Shown here piece by piece: positions 1-8,853 of a stretch of DNA of 64,000 nucleotides. Under the pieces are notes generated by a model. The model ran no database searches and was not told the origin of the DNA. It saw nothing but the letters and a program-made list of their open reading frames with translations. The number at the start of each line of letters is the position of its first letter. Within the stretch, counting starts at the first letter, position 1. The stretch is from positions 3,005 to 67,004 of the forward strand of contig DAHUYO010000004.1 of NCBI GenBank assembly GCA_027315185.1, written 5' to 3'. The translations under genes and the position numbers were made by a program. This DNA comes from Acidobacteriota bacterium. GTDB taxonomy: Bacteria > Acidobacteriota > Terriglobia > Terriglobales > SCQP01.

Positions 1-153
1 TACGGGGCGCGCATCTTCACGCTGCAACTGCGGCAGCGGCTGTTCGCCGTTTCCGGTGTGTTTCTGCTGGCGCTGGGGGCGGCGGCGATGTGGCATGGGC
101 TGCAATGGGCTCATGGCGGCGGAATGATGATGATGGTGCGGGCGGGGCTGTAG
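1..153 (+). CDS. 3' end of a membrane protein (partial, runs off window start)
   Basis: Frame 1 reads YGARIFTLQLRQRLFAVSGVFLLALGAAAMWHGLQWAHGGGMMMMVRAGL* with a hydrophobic helix; family not determinable. Confidence 0.5.
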   Translation, partial: YGARIFTLQLRQRLFAVSGVFLLALGAAAMWHGLQWAHGGGMMMMVRAGL

Positions 154-274
154 GCGCCGCCTGGAATCGTCCCCCCGCGCCAAAACCGCGGACGGTTTTG
201 ACCACCCATTGCCGCCCCTCGCGCGGCGCGCTGGCGGACCAACCCCGGTGCGATGCTGCGGCGGCCGGCCAAGC

Positions 275-280
275 TATAAT
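275..280 (+). promoter_or_regulatory. Candidate -10 box of tRNA promoter
   Basis: Perfect TATAAT about 46 nt upstream of the tRNA in very GC-rich DNA; no clear -35. Confidence 0.35.
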
Positions 281-326
281 CAACGGGAACGTCGCCTTGG
301 GCGGGCGCAACGCCCGCCGTCACCAC

Positions 327-400
327 TGCCGGGTCGTTCAATGGTAGGACAGCAGACTCTGGATCTGCCTATCGGGGTTCGAGTCCCTGCCCGGCAGCCA
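327..400 (+). tRNA. tRNA-Gln (anticodon CTG)
   Basis: Acceptor stem TGCCGGG/CCCGGCA, D loop with TGG, anticodon arm GCAGA-CTCTGGA-TCTGC, GTTCGAGTC T loop, encoded 3' CCA. Confidence 0.95.
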
Positions 401-520
401 CACCGCGGCCGTGGGTCCTGTGGGGCGGGCGGCGTGGCCGCAGGTGATGAGGGCGTGCCCTTCGCGCGGCATACCTATTGGCTACCTCTTGGCAGCGGCT
501 GCGGGACCGGCTGCCGGTTT

Positions 521-580
521 CCGCCGCCCGGAGGGCGACGCTGCGCAGGGCAGGAGCCCTACCCCGCAAGCAGCGGCACG
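521..580. repeat. 60-bp dispersed REP-like repeat, copy 1
   Basis: 53/60 identical to 26681-26740; contains hairpin AGGGC-AGGA-GCCCT followed by AC (GTAG on the minus strand). Confidence 0.8.
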
Positions 581-645
581 TAAGGCGGGGGCGAGCACGC
601 CCGCAGGATGCCAGCGCTCCCGGAAAATAGGAGCAGGAGGCGGAG

Positions 646-1248
646 ATGAAAGTGATCGTGATTGGGGCGAGTGGAACGATCGGCGCGGCGGTGGCAAAGG
701 CGCTGGCGGCGAAGAAGCATGAGTTGGTCGGCGCCAGCCGCCGGGGCGAGTTGCGCGTGGACATTGACGATGCAGCCTCGATCCGGGCGATGCTCGAACG
801 CGCGGGCGAGGCCGATGCGGTGATCTGCTGCGCCGGCAACGCGGTATTCAAGCCCTTCGCGCAGCTGACCGACGCCGACTATGCGCTGGGGCTGCGGAGC
901 AAGCTTATGGGGCAGGTGGCGGTGGCGCGCATTGCCGCGGAACGGCTGCGGGACGGCGGCGCGATCACGCTGACGACCGGCATTCTGGCCATGCAGCCCG
1001 CGCCGGGCAGCGCGGCCATCTCGCTGGTCAATGCCGGGCTGGAAGGCTTCGTGCGCGCGGCGGCGCTGGAGATGCCGCGCCGGATTCGCATCAACGCCGT
1101 CAGCCCGCCGTGGGTGACGGAGACGCTGATTCAGTTCGGCATGGACCCGGGCCCCGGGCAGCCGGCGGCGGAGGTGGCGCAGGCTTATGTAGCCAGCATC
1201 GAGAGTGGCGCGCAGGGGAAGATTTTCGATTCGCGGCGCCTCGGCTAA
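646..1248 (+). CDS. Short-chain dehydrogenase/reductase (SDR)
   Basis: N-terminal Rossmann motif IGASGTIG, CCAG, RINAVSP; GGAG RBS upstream. Confidence 0.9.
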   Translation: MKVIVIGASGTIGAAVAKALAAKKHELVGASRRGELRVDIDDAASIRAMLERAGEADAVICCAGNAVFKPFAQLTDADYALGLRSKLMGQVAVARIAAERLRDGGAITLTTGILAMQPAPGSAAISLVNAGLEGFVRAAALEMPRRIRINAVSPPWVTETLIQFGMDPGPGQPAAEVAQAYVASIESGAQGKIFDSRRLG

Positions 1249-1299
1249 TAACGGGCAGCGGGCGGCCCGCGGCCGGCGTCGGCCGCCCCGGGCGCTACC

Positions 1300-2940
1300 T
1301 CACCCGGCCTGCGTGCCTTTCGCCAGCTGCTGCTCCTTGAAGCCGGTGTTGCAGTAGGGGTGCGTGAACTGGAGGTTGCTGAGGGATCCGGCCCCCCCGG
1401 CGGCGGCCCTCCCGACGTGGTCCTTTGACCTGCAACCGGGCGGCAGCCGAGCACCGCAGATCGCGCACCGCTCCCTGTGCTCGAGGATTTGGCGCACCAC
1501 GGCGGCCCGCTGGACAGATTTCGAAAACCGCCGCCGGCGGGTCGGATCTTCCGCTGCGGGCGCATCATCCCTGAGATCCTTGAGCCGCGTGTCAGCCTTG
1601 AGCCTCGCTATGATTTCGCCTTCGTCCTTTACGCCCTGGCGCATGCTGTCGAAGACGATGTTGAGCATCGCAACCTCGGACTCCAGCGGCCGGGTCCGGC
1701 TGCCCTTCATGTGGCCGAGCTGGTTGATAAACCCCTGGTGCCGAACCAGGAATTCCTCGAACTCCGCCCTCACTTCCGTAAACGGCGTAAGCATGCCCCT
1801 GTCGCGTAGCATGACGGCGAACTTGTGCGCGCCAAGGAACGCCGCCGCGTTGAGCGTACCGGATCCGCCGTACGCGTAGACGGCCATGTCCATTCCAAGC
1901 GAGCCGGGAGAGGTTGCGCCGTTGTCTCCTACGAGCGCGGCAACCTCGCCGACGCGCCTGAGGTATCGCAGGACGACGTCGCCGGTCTCGTCATCCTGCA
2001 GAGACGGGCCGCCCTTCTGCGACTTCCCCTTCGCCCGCCCCTCCTCCCACATAGCCGCAGACACCTCGTTGAAGTAGTTCACCATGTCAAGGACAAGGCG
2101 GAACGCCTCCTGGGAATACGGCTTCCCGGCCCGGGGAACGTCCGGGCTTTGGGAGTCGATCTCCCTAACCTGCCCGAAAACGATACCGTAGACTTTTTTG
2201 GCGAGGTCGGTGATCTCGGCTGCGCGCGGAAGGTGCGAATAATATTGGCCCCCGGCGCGCATGAGGGCCCTTGTAGCTAGCACGTTTGGCTTCTTTCGGG
2301 CCTTTGTGACTGAAAGCTCCGTGGGATCTATCTTCACGGGGAATTCATTGATCGCGAGAAACGAGCGCTCGGCCGCGCTGGCCCCACCCTCTACGGTCTG
2401 CACGTCGATAAGCCGGTTGCAACGGCGCCCCCGGCGCACCTTTTTTTGGTATCCCTCGTCCCCCGGGCCCCCCTCCGTCCCTGCGGCGAGGACCTCCTGG
2501 TAGGACCCGACGCGCTCGTGCATGAGCTTTCTGGTCTCATCGTGAAGCCTCTTGTAGTCGCCCGTCTCACCGCCATAGAACTTGCGCGAAATTGGCCCGT
2601 CGCCGTAGTCGTCGTTGACCCACCCAATGAGCACCCCCAGGCGGTGGGCGCCATCAATAACAAAAAAGCGCCCGGAGTCGGAGGAATGCCAGATGATTAC
2701 CGCCGGAATCAGCATGCCGTCCAAGAACGCCTCGACGAGCCGCACGATGGCCTCCGGCGTCCAATTATTGGTCGGCCGCTGGAAATCGGGCTTTCTGAGG
2801 TTGTTATAGACAAGGCCGGTAGCGGCGAGCTGCTGAAGCGTAATTGCCCCGGAACCCTGGTCAGCGGGCAGCCCCTTGTCGCCTGACTCGAAATCCTCCC
2901 GGGCGATGAGGGCGTCGAGGTTTACGCGGTGGGTGGGCAA
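1300..2940 (-). CDS. DUF262 (ParB/GmrS-like) domain protein with C-terminal HNH nuclease
   Basis: LRKPDFQR...W and VIDGAHRL motifs; C-terminal CxxC...DH...GG...N...HPYCN; GGAGGAG RBS before a TTG start. Confidence 0.8.
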   Translation of the reverse strand: MPTHRVNLDALIAREDFESGDKGLPADQGSGAITLQQLAATGLVYNNLRKPDFQRPTNNWTPEAIVRLVEAFLDGMLIPAVIIWHSSDSGRFFVIDGAHRLGVLIGWVNDDYGDGPISRKFYGGETGDYKRLHDETRKLMHERVGSYQEVLAAGTEGGPGDEGYQKKVRRGRRCNRLIDVQTVEGGASAAERSFLAINEFPVKIDPTELSVTKARKKPNVLATRALMRAGGQYYSHLPRAAEITDLAKKVYGIVFGQVREIDSQSPDVPRAGKPYSQEAFRLVLDMVNYFNEVSAAMWEEGRAKGKSQKGGPSLQDDETGDVVLRYLRRVGEVAALVGDNGATSPGSLGMDMAVYAYGGSGTLNAAAFLGAHKFAVMLRDRGMLTPFTEVRAEFEEFLVRHQGFINQLGHMKGSRTRPLESEVAMLNIVFDSMRQGVKDEGEIIARLKADTRLKDLRDDAPAAEDPTRRRRFSKSVQRAAVVRQILEHRERCAICGARLPPGCRSKDHVGRAAAGGAGSLSNLQFTHPYCNTGFKEQQLAKGTQAG

Positions 2941-3104
2941 ATTCTCCTCCCTGCGGTGACCCAGCGTACGCCAACCTGGCCCCGCGCGGCAAGCGCGCCC
3001 CCCCCTTTTCCGCCGTGGGCACGGCCCGCGGGCCCCTCGGGGCAGCTGCCGGCTAGTCTAAGGGCCTTCCGCGCCGGTGCCCGGCCGCGCGCAGCGCGAC
3101 CGTA

Positions 3105-3304
3105 CGCAAGGCGGAGGCATACCCTACGTTGGGCGCGCCGGAGACATTTCCCGCGGCGGGGGCATCCGCGCTAGCGCGCGGGGTATCGCTTGAACGGCAT
3201 CTCGTCGTGCTCCCAGGCGGCGGGGTAATGACAGCCGAGGACGGCTGCCCTACCTTCGCCGCGGGCGGCGCGATGGGTTTGGCAGCCGAGGACGGCTACC
3301 CTAC
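3105..3304. repeat. Cluster of REP-like palindromes
   Basis: CAGCCGAGGACGGCTRCCCTAC at 3232-3253 and 3283-3304; related GCAAGGCGGAGGCATACCCTACG at 3106-3128. Confidence 0.75.
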
Positions 3305-3453
3305 TGCCGCTGCCCAACTTCGCCGCACTGCGCGGCCGCGGCGGCGCTGCACCTAGGGGCGGATCGTACTTACCCCGCGAGATTCGCCTTATAGGACGCC
3401 GGGCGCGGCCGCCCTAAGCTGGCCTCACGCTGGCTTCGGCTGGCGCCCGCGCC

Positions 3454-5664
3454 GTGTTCCACTCTGCTCCATCGGAATCCAAGCCGGCGAAACCCATGAC
3501 GGGCGCTGGCCCCAGCGCGGCTGCGCCGCGCGTCCCCCGCGGTTCGCGCACGTCGCGCTGGCGGCTGCTGGGGCGGGTGCTGCGGCCGTACCGGGGATGG
3601 ATCGCGCTGGCGGCGGCGCTGGGCGTGGCCGGGGCGGCGGCGGGGGCGGCGGAGCCATTGTTCTACCGCTATCTGCTGGACGTGGTGATCCGCGCCACGC
3701 ACCACGCTGCGCTCCACATAGCGCCACACGCCGCGCACCATACCGCGTGCGGGGCCGCGCACGCGCGGCGGCCGATTTGGCGGGAGCTGGCGCTGGCGGT
3801 GGCGGGACTGGCGGCCGTGGGCCTGGGGCAGCAACTGCTGGGGGCGGGAACGTCGCTGTGCGTGAACAAGGCGCGGTTCGATTCCAGCTTCGCGTTGAGC
3901 CGGCGGATGGTGGCGGCGGTGCTGCGGCAGCCGCTGGCGGCGCACCTGGGCGGAACGGAAAGCAATCCGGAAGAAAGCGGCGCCGGGGCGGTGATGACGC
4001 GGATCGACCGGGGCGTGGGGGCGCTGGGACAACTGGTCGGAGACAGCGTGCAGTCGGTGCTGCCGAACCTGGCGAATTTGGCGCTGATCGCCGCGCTGCT
4101 GTTCGCGCTGTCGCCGGCGCTGGGCTGGCTGGCGCTGGCGCCGCTGCCGCCGTTTCTGTGGGCGACGCTGCGGGCGACCAAGGCGGGAGTGGCCGCGGAA
4201 GAAGACGTCCAGGCGGGATGGCGGCGGATCTACCGGCGCGTGTACGAGGTGCTAGGCGCGATCAAAACGGTGAAGTCGTTGGGCGGCGAGGAGGCGGAGG
4301 CGCGGCGGTACCAGAGCGCGGCGGCGCGGTTGTTTGCCCGGCTGTGGCGGCTGGTGTGGGTGGATACGGCCTATGCCGGAATACGGGGAATGCTGGCCAC
4401 GGCGGGACGCGCGGCGGTGCTGGTGGCGGGAGCGGCGTTAGTGATGGACCACCGGCTGTCGGCGGGGAGCTGGATCGCGGCGGTGGCGTACGCGGGGATG
4501 CTGTATGCGCCGCTGACCGGGCTGACCGGCGTGTACGCCTCGCTGAGCAAAAACTGGGTGACCGCTGGCGCGGCGCTGGGATTGCTGGCGGCGACGGACG
4601 AAGATGAAGCCGCGCCGGTTCGCGGCGAAGCTGGGCGCGGACCGGCGGTGGCGAGGGCGCCGGAAATGCCCGCGGTAGGGATCGAGTTCGATGGCGTGTC
4701 GTTTGAATATGGAGCCGGCGGCGGCGCCGACCAAGGGCCTGTTTTCGGCGCCCGCGACGGGACCGGCAGAAGCGCGGGGCCGGTGCTGCGGGAACTGAGC
4801 TTCGCGATCGCGCCGGGGGAGATCGTGGCGCTGGTGGGGCCGAGCGGCGGGGGCAAGACGACGATCGGCGACCTGCTGTTGGGATTGTACGACCCGACCT
4901 GCGGGGCAATCCGGGCGGATGGGCGGGATCTGCGGGAGATGCGGGGCGCGCGGGGCGAAGCTTGGCGGCGGCAGGTCTCTGCGGTGCTGCAAGACCCGGT
5001 GCTGTTCGACGGAACCATTGCCGACAATATCGCCTACGGCGCCGAGGACATCGCCTACGGCGGCGCGGAAAGCGCTATTGGCGGGGCCGCGCAAGACATC
5101 GCCTGCGGGATTTGCGGAGAGGGCGCGGGCAAGAAGGATACGGGCGCGGGGCACGACGGCGGGGCGGCGCCTAACCCGGCAGCAACGATGACGGCCGTGG
5201 CAGCGGCGGCGCGGGCGGCGCAGGCCGACGCATTTATCCGCGCGCTGCCGGAGGGATACCAGACGCGCGTGGGGGAACGGGGCGCGTGCCTGTCGGGCGG
5301 GCAGAAGCAGCGCATCGCGATCGCGCGCGCGCTGCTGCGGGATACGCCGGTGATGGTGCTGGATGAAGCCAGCGCCAGCTTGGATGGGGAAAGCGAAGCG
5401 GGGCTGAATGCGGCGCTGGCGCGGCGGCTGCGGGGGCGGACGGTGCTGCTGATCAGCCACCGGCTGACCAGCCTGAGCCTGGCGGATCGAGTGCTGGTGA
5501 TCGCCGGCGGCAAGATCGTGGAGCAGGGACGGCCGGCGGATTTGCTGGCGGCGGACGGGGCGTTCGCCGCGCTGTTCGGCGCGGCAGGGCCGCGCCAAGA
5601 TGGCGGGGAGGCGCCGGCGGATGATGGCGCGGCCGCGGCGGAGCTCGCGGCGGCGCGGGGTTAG
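3454..5664 (+). CDS. ABC exporter, fused permease/ATPase (MsbA/MdlB-like)
   Basis: N-terminal TM helices, Walker A GPSGGGKT, signature LSGGQKQR, Walker B VMVLDEA, H-loop ISHR; start may be ATG 3496. Confidence 0.9.
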   Translation: MFHSAPSESKPAKPMTGAGPSAAAPRVPRGSRTSRWRLLGRVLRPYRGWIALAAALGVAGAAAGAAEPLFYRYLLDVVIRATHHAALHIAPHAAHHTACGAAHARRPIWRELALAVAGLAAVGLGQQLLGAGTSLCVNKARFDSSFALSRRMVAAVLRQPLAAHLGGTESNPEESGAGAVMTRIDRGVGALGQLVGDSVQSVLPNLANLALIAALLFALSPALGWLALAPLPPFLWATLRATKAGVAAEEDVQAGWRRIYRRVYEVLGAIKTVKSLGGEEAEARRYQSAAARLFARLWRLVWVDTAYAGIRGMLATAGRAAVLVAGAALVMDHRLSAGSWIAAVAYAGMLYAPLTGLTGVYASLSKNWVTAGAALGLLAATDEDEAAPVRGEAGRGPAVARAPEMPAVGIEFDGVSFEYGAGGGADQGPVFGARDGTGRSAGPVLRELSFAIAPGEIVALVGPSGGGKTTIGDLLLGLYDPTCGAIRADGRDLREMRGARGEAWRRQVSAVLQDPVLFDGTIADNIAYGAEDIAYGGAESAIGGAAQDIACGICGEGAGKKDTGAGHDGGAAPNPAATMTAVAAAARAAQADAFIRALPEGYQTRVGERGACLSGGQKQRIAIARALLRDTPVMVLDEASASLDGESEAGLNAALARRLRGRTVLLISHRLTSLSLADRVLVIAGGKIVEQGRPADLLAADGAFAALFGAAGPRQDGGEAPADDGAAAAELAAARG

Positions 5665-5700
5665 CAGGCTGGCGACAAGCGGGGACGGCAGCTGCGCTGG

Positions 5701-5770
5701 GCAGCCGAGGACGGCTACCCTACTGGTGCGCGCGGCGCGGAGAAAGTGGGATGGGCGTCCTCGCCTGTCC
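5701..5770. repeat. Inverted REP pair (REPIN-like)
   Basis: GCAGCCGAGGACGGCTACCCTAC at 5701-5723 facing GTGGGATGGGCGTCCTCGCCTGTCC at 5746-5770. Confidence 0.65.
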
Positions 5771-5926
5771 GCTCTGTGAAAGCGGGGTATGCGCGCCGGC
5801 TCGGGCCGCGCCGCCAGGGGTTATGGCGACGCAACGCCGCAATTGGGCGAGACCGCGCAGGAATGCGGCGAAGCGGCGGTGAAGCAAATCGCCGCGCGAC
5901 CGCGCAGGCGTGGTACTTTAGCCGCC

Positions 5927-7357
5927 ATGACCTCAAGTTCCGTTGCCCGCGTTTCCCAGCTCCGCGGTGCCGTGCAACACAATTCCCCGTCGCGGCGGCT
6001 GCGGCTGCCGCTGGCGCTGGTTTTGCTGTGCGCGCTGGCGCCCGCCGCGCTGGCGCAGAAGCTAGCGCCGCCGATTCCGCCGCCGGACGCCCGCTACAAA
6101 GCCGACATTTTGGTCATCGTCGCCCACCCGGATGATGAGACGCTGATCACCGGCTATTTGGCGCACGCGATTTACGACGAACACAAGCGCGTGGCGGTGG
6201 CCTTCTGCACGTGGGGAAACTCAGGCGGCAATTTGGTGGGTCAGGAGCAAGGTCTGGCGCTGGCGGCGGTGCGGGAGATCGAGGCCCGCCGCGCGCTGGC
6301 GTATATGGGCATTCACAATGTGTGGTATCTCGGCGGGCGGGACCATCCCGGCAACGACGTGCTGCATTCCCTGGAGCGCTGGGGCGAAGGCGCGGTGCTG
6401 GAGCGGGCGGTGCGGATCATCCGCCTGACGCGGCCGGAAGTGGTGATGACCATGGCGCCGGACAACGACTGGGGCGAAAACCATCCCGACCATCACGCCT
6501 CGGGCGTCATCGCCACCGAGGCGTTCGACCTGGCCGGCAACCCGACCGCGTTCGCCGAGCAGGTGGCGCCGCCGCGCAACCGGCTGGGCTACGCCAACCT
6601 GACCGAGGGGCTCCAACCCTGGCAGGCGGAGAAGCTCTATTACTTCTCCAACGCCAATTCACACCGTTACATGGACAAATACGGCCCGACGTTCCAGGTG
6701 ACCGGCATCTGCCGCGCCAAGGGCCTGACCTATGCGCAGATCGCGGCGCACGAGGCGGCGTTTCACGCCACCCAGCAGGGCACCGGCGACATTGCGGCGG
6801 CGTCGCTGCGCACGGGCAATTACACCTTCTGGAACGTGCCGGTGCAGTTCGTGCTGGCCAAGACCTTGGTGCCGGCGCCACCGACGGCGCGCGTCTTCGC
6901 CGGCGTAATTCCCGGGCCGCTGCCGTACAGCCCGCCGCCCGGCTACCGCACGGCGGCGGACCCCACGCTCGACCGCGCGATTCAGCTGGGCAATCCCTGG
7001 CGCTTCTACCGGCAGTTTTGGGCGGCGCACGGATTGCCGCAGATGCCGCATCTATACGAACCGGAGGAGACCACCGGCGCGGGCGCGATCCTGACCGTGC
7101 CGGTGGTGCTGCGCAACGTGTCGGCGCGGGCGGCGCGGATGCGCATCCAGCCGACGCTCCCGCCGGGCTGGCGGGCGGTGACGGCGCCTGAGTTGTATCC
7201 GGTGGCGGCGGGGCAGTTCTATCCGCTGCGGTTTCGGGTCGCGGTGCCCAAGTCGGCGGCCACGGGCTGGCATCAGCTGCGCTGGCGGGCGGTGGGCGGC
7301 GGCGCCGCCGGCGCGAAAGTGCGCACGGCGCGTTTGCACGTCTACGTCAACCGGTAG
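5927..7357 (+). CDS. Secreted PIG-L/LmbE family deacetylase
   Basis: AHPDDE and NHPDH metal-binding motifs, signal-peptide-like segment; start approximate. Confidence 0.85.
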   Translation: MTSSSVARVSQLRGAVQHNSPSRRLRLPLALVLLCALAPAALAQKLAPPIPPPDARYKADILVIVAHPDDETLITGYLAHAIYDEHKRVAVAFCTWGNSGGNLVGQEQGLALAAVREIEARRALAYMGIHNVWYLGGRDHPGNDVLHSLERWGEGAVLERAVRIIRLTRPEVVMTMAPDNDWGENHPDHHASGVIATEAFDLAGNPTAFAEQVAPPRNRLGYANLTEGLQPWQAEKLYYFSNANSHRYMDKYGPTFQVTGICRAKGLTYAQIAAHEAAFHATQQGTGDIAAASLRTGNYTFWNVPVQFVLAKTLVPAPPTARVFAGVIPGPLPYSPPPGYRTAADPTLDRAIQLGNPWRFYRQFWAAHGLPQMPHLYEPEETTGAGAILTVPVVLRNVSARAARMRIQPTLPPGWRAVTAPELYPVAAGQFYPLRFRVAVPKSAATGWHQLRWRAVGGGAAGAKVRTARLHVYVNR

Positions 7358-7550
7358 CCCTGGCGGCCAGCGACCGGCACCAGGCGGCCGCGTTTCTGCC
7401 CGCGTGCGGCAGCCGCGCCGCACGCGAGCGAGCCGTGCACGGACCCCCGGGCGGGAACCCACGCGGCTAAGTCACCAGGATGAGTCCTGCTCCGATCCTG
7501 TACCCACGACCGCCGCATAGGATGTTAGGCTGGCCCCATTCAGTGCTGTT

Positions 7551-8849
7551 ATGCCGCGCGTTGGCCAAATTAGTGATCGTGCGCGAACCCTGCTCCGGCC
7601 CGAAGGGCTCCCCTGGCTGACCGCCGCGGTCGGTGGGGGGTTCGTACCCGGCGCCGCCTACCTGCTCGCAGGGGAGCCGGGCATCGGCAAGACTACTCTC
7701 GCGATCCAGATACTAGGGGACTTCGCCAGGCAGGGCATGAAGGTTCTCTACATCAGCACAGAGCAGGGATTGGCCGACTTGCGCAGCGTGCTCTATCGGG
7801 TGCACGCCGATCAGGACGGCAGGCTGCCGGAGGAAATTGAGCGGAATTTTTTCTTAGACGACTCCGTCGAGGACGTTGACCGCCTGCCGCATTTTTTGGC
7901 GCACCGGGTCCTGCCGCCGGAGCAGGAATACCACGGCACGGAGGTGCTTGTCTTCGACTCGGTCCAGGGCAAGGGATTGGCCGCGGCCGCCACCAAGAAG
8001 TACCAAGCCCTCTACCAGTACATGGACAACGCGAAGGCGCACGGGCTGGTCTCCCTCCTGATCGGACACGTGACAAAAAGGGGCCAGATCGCCGGGCCGA
8101 AGGATCTTGAACACAACGTAGATGCCGTCGTTTACCTGCGCCGGGCCTTCCGACTCCGGCCCCTATTCGTGCCCAAGAACCGCTTCGGGCCGGCGGTGGT
8201 GGATCCGGTGGTTCTCGTCGCGGACGCGAGGGGCCGCCTCAAGCAGTCCGAGCTGGCAGCGGCGAAGAGCGCGGCGATATACGGCTATGCCGGTATCGGC
8301 GAAGAGTTCGCGGAGGCACAGGCATCCGTGAGCCTCCCGAAATACGGCAGCCGGTCCCAGTTGAACGCACCCTTCCTCCCGTCCAAGAAAATCCGACAGC
8401 TCCTGACCGTGCTGAGTACGCTAAAGGAGATCGACCTCTCCGACCTGTCCTACGAAATCAACTGCTACTTCCCGGCGAAGCAGGGCTACCAGGAGGAGCT
8501 TGACCTTCCGCTGGCGGTTGCACTGCTGAGCTCTTATCTCCAGCAGCCGGTTCCGGAAGGAAGCCTGTTCGTTGGAGAGCTCGACTTGATGCGGCGGATC
8601 CGGAACCCCGAGAAGCGCTATCTGGCTGTGCTGGCGACGCTGCTGGCCGAGGGCGGCGCCGCCCGCGTGCGGCAGGTCTTCCTAAGCGAGGAAGCCGCCG
8701 GTGAGCTGACGAGGATCAGGCCGAAGGAAGGCGGGCCGGCCGTAGGGGACCTCGTGCGGGTAACGGGAACGGCGGAGCTCCCCGCGCTATTGCGCCAGCT
8801 CTGGCCGGCGCTTTTCGAGGGCGGCCGCGCCGCGGCCGCGAGCGGATAG
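7551..8849 (+). CDS. RadA/Sms-like ATPase lacking the N-terminal C4 zinc finger
   Basis: Walker A GEPGIGKT, Walker B VFDSVQ, GHVTKxGxIAGP, LEHxVD, KNRFG, and a Lon/S5-like tail (DLPLAVALLSS, FVGELDL); in-frame TAG at 7518-7520 rules out an upstream extension. Confidence 0.85.
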   Translation: MPRVGQISDRARTLLRPEGLPWLTAAVGGGFVPGAAYLLAGEPGIGKTTLAIQILGDFARQGMKVLYISTEQGLADLRSVLYRVHADQDGRLPEEIERNFFLDDSVEDVDRLPHFLAHRVLPPEQEYHGTEVLVFDSVQGKGLAAAATKKYQALYQYMDNAKAHGLVSLLIGHVTKRGQIAGPKDLEHNVDAVVYLRRAFRLRPLFVPKNRFGPAVVDPVVLVADARGRLKQSELAAAKSAAIYGYAGIGEEFAEAQASVSLPKYGSRSQLNAPFLPSKKIRQLLTVLSTLKEIDLSDLSYEINCYFPAKQGYQEELDLPLAVALLSSYLQQPVPEGSLFVGELDLMRRIRNPEKRYLAVLATLLAEGGAARVRQVFLSEEAAGELTRIRPKEGGPAVGDLVRVTGTAELPALLRQLWPALFEGGRAAAASG

Positions 8850-8853
8850 GCAG

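Noticed and set aside
377-400. tRNA-Gln 3' end as the att site of an island
   Set aside because: No duplicated tRNA 3' end or integrase found by eye in the window
3171-3230. Short minus-strand frame HYPAAWEHDEMPFKRYPAR* as a gene remnant cut by a REP
   Set aside because: Too short to assign
3231-3304. Possible mini CRISPR array (two 22-bp repeats with a spacer)
   Set aside because: Only two units, REP-like GTAG hairpin, a third copy dispersed elsewhere and no cas genes
7464-7530. GTTAGGC resembling an integron attC core before the RadA-like cassette
   Set aside because: No matching RYYYAAC inverse core, no attC after the cassette and no integrase
7551-8849. Labelling the ATPase as canonical radA
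   Set aside because: No zinc finger, divergent C-terminal domain and accessory context; gene symbol withheld
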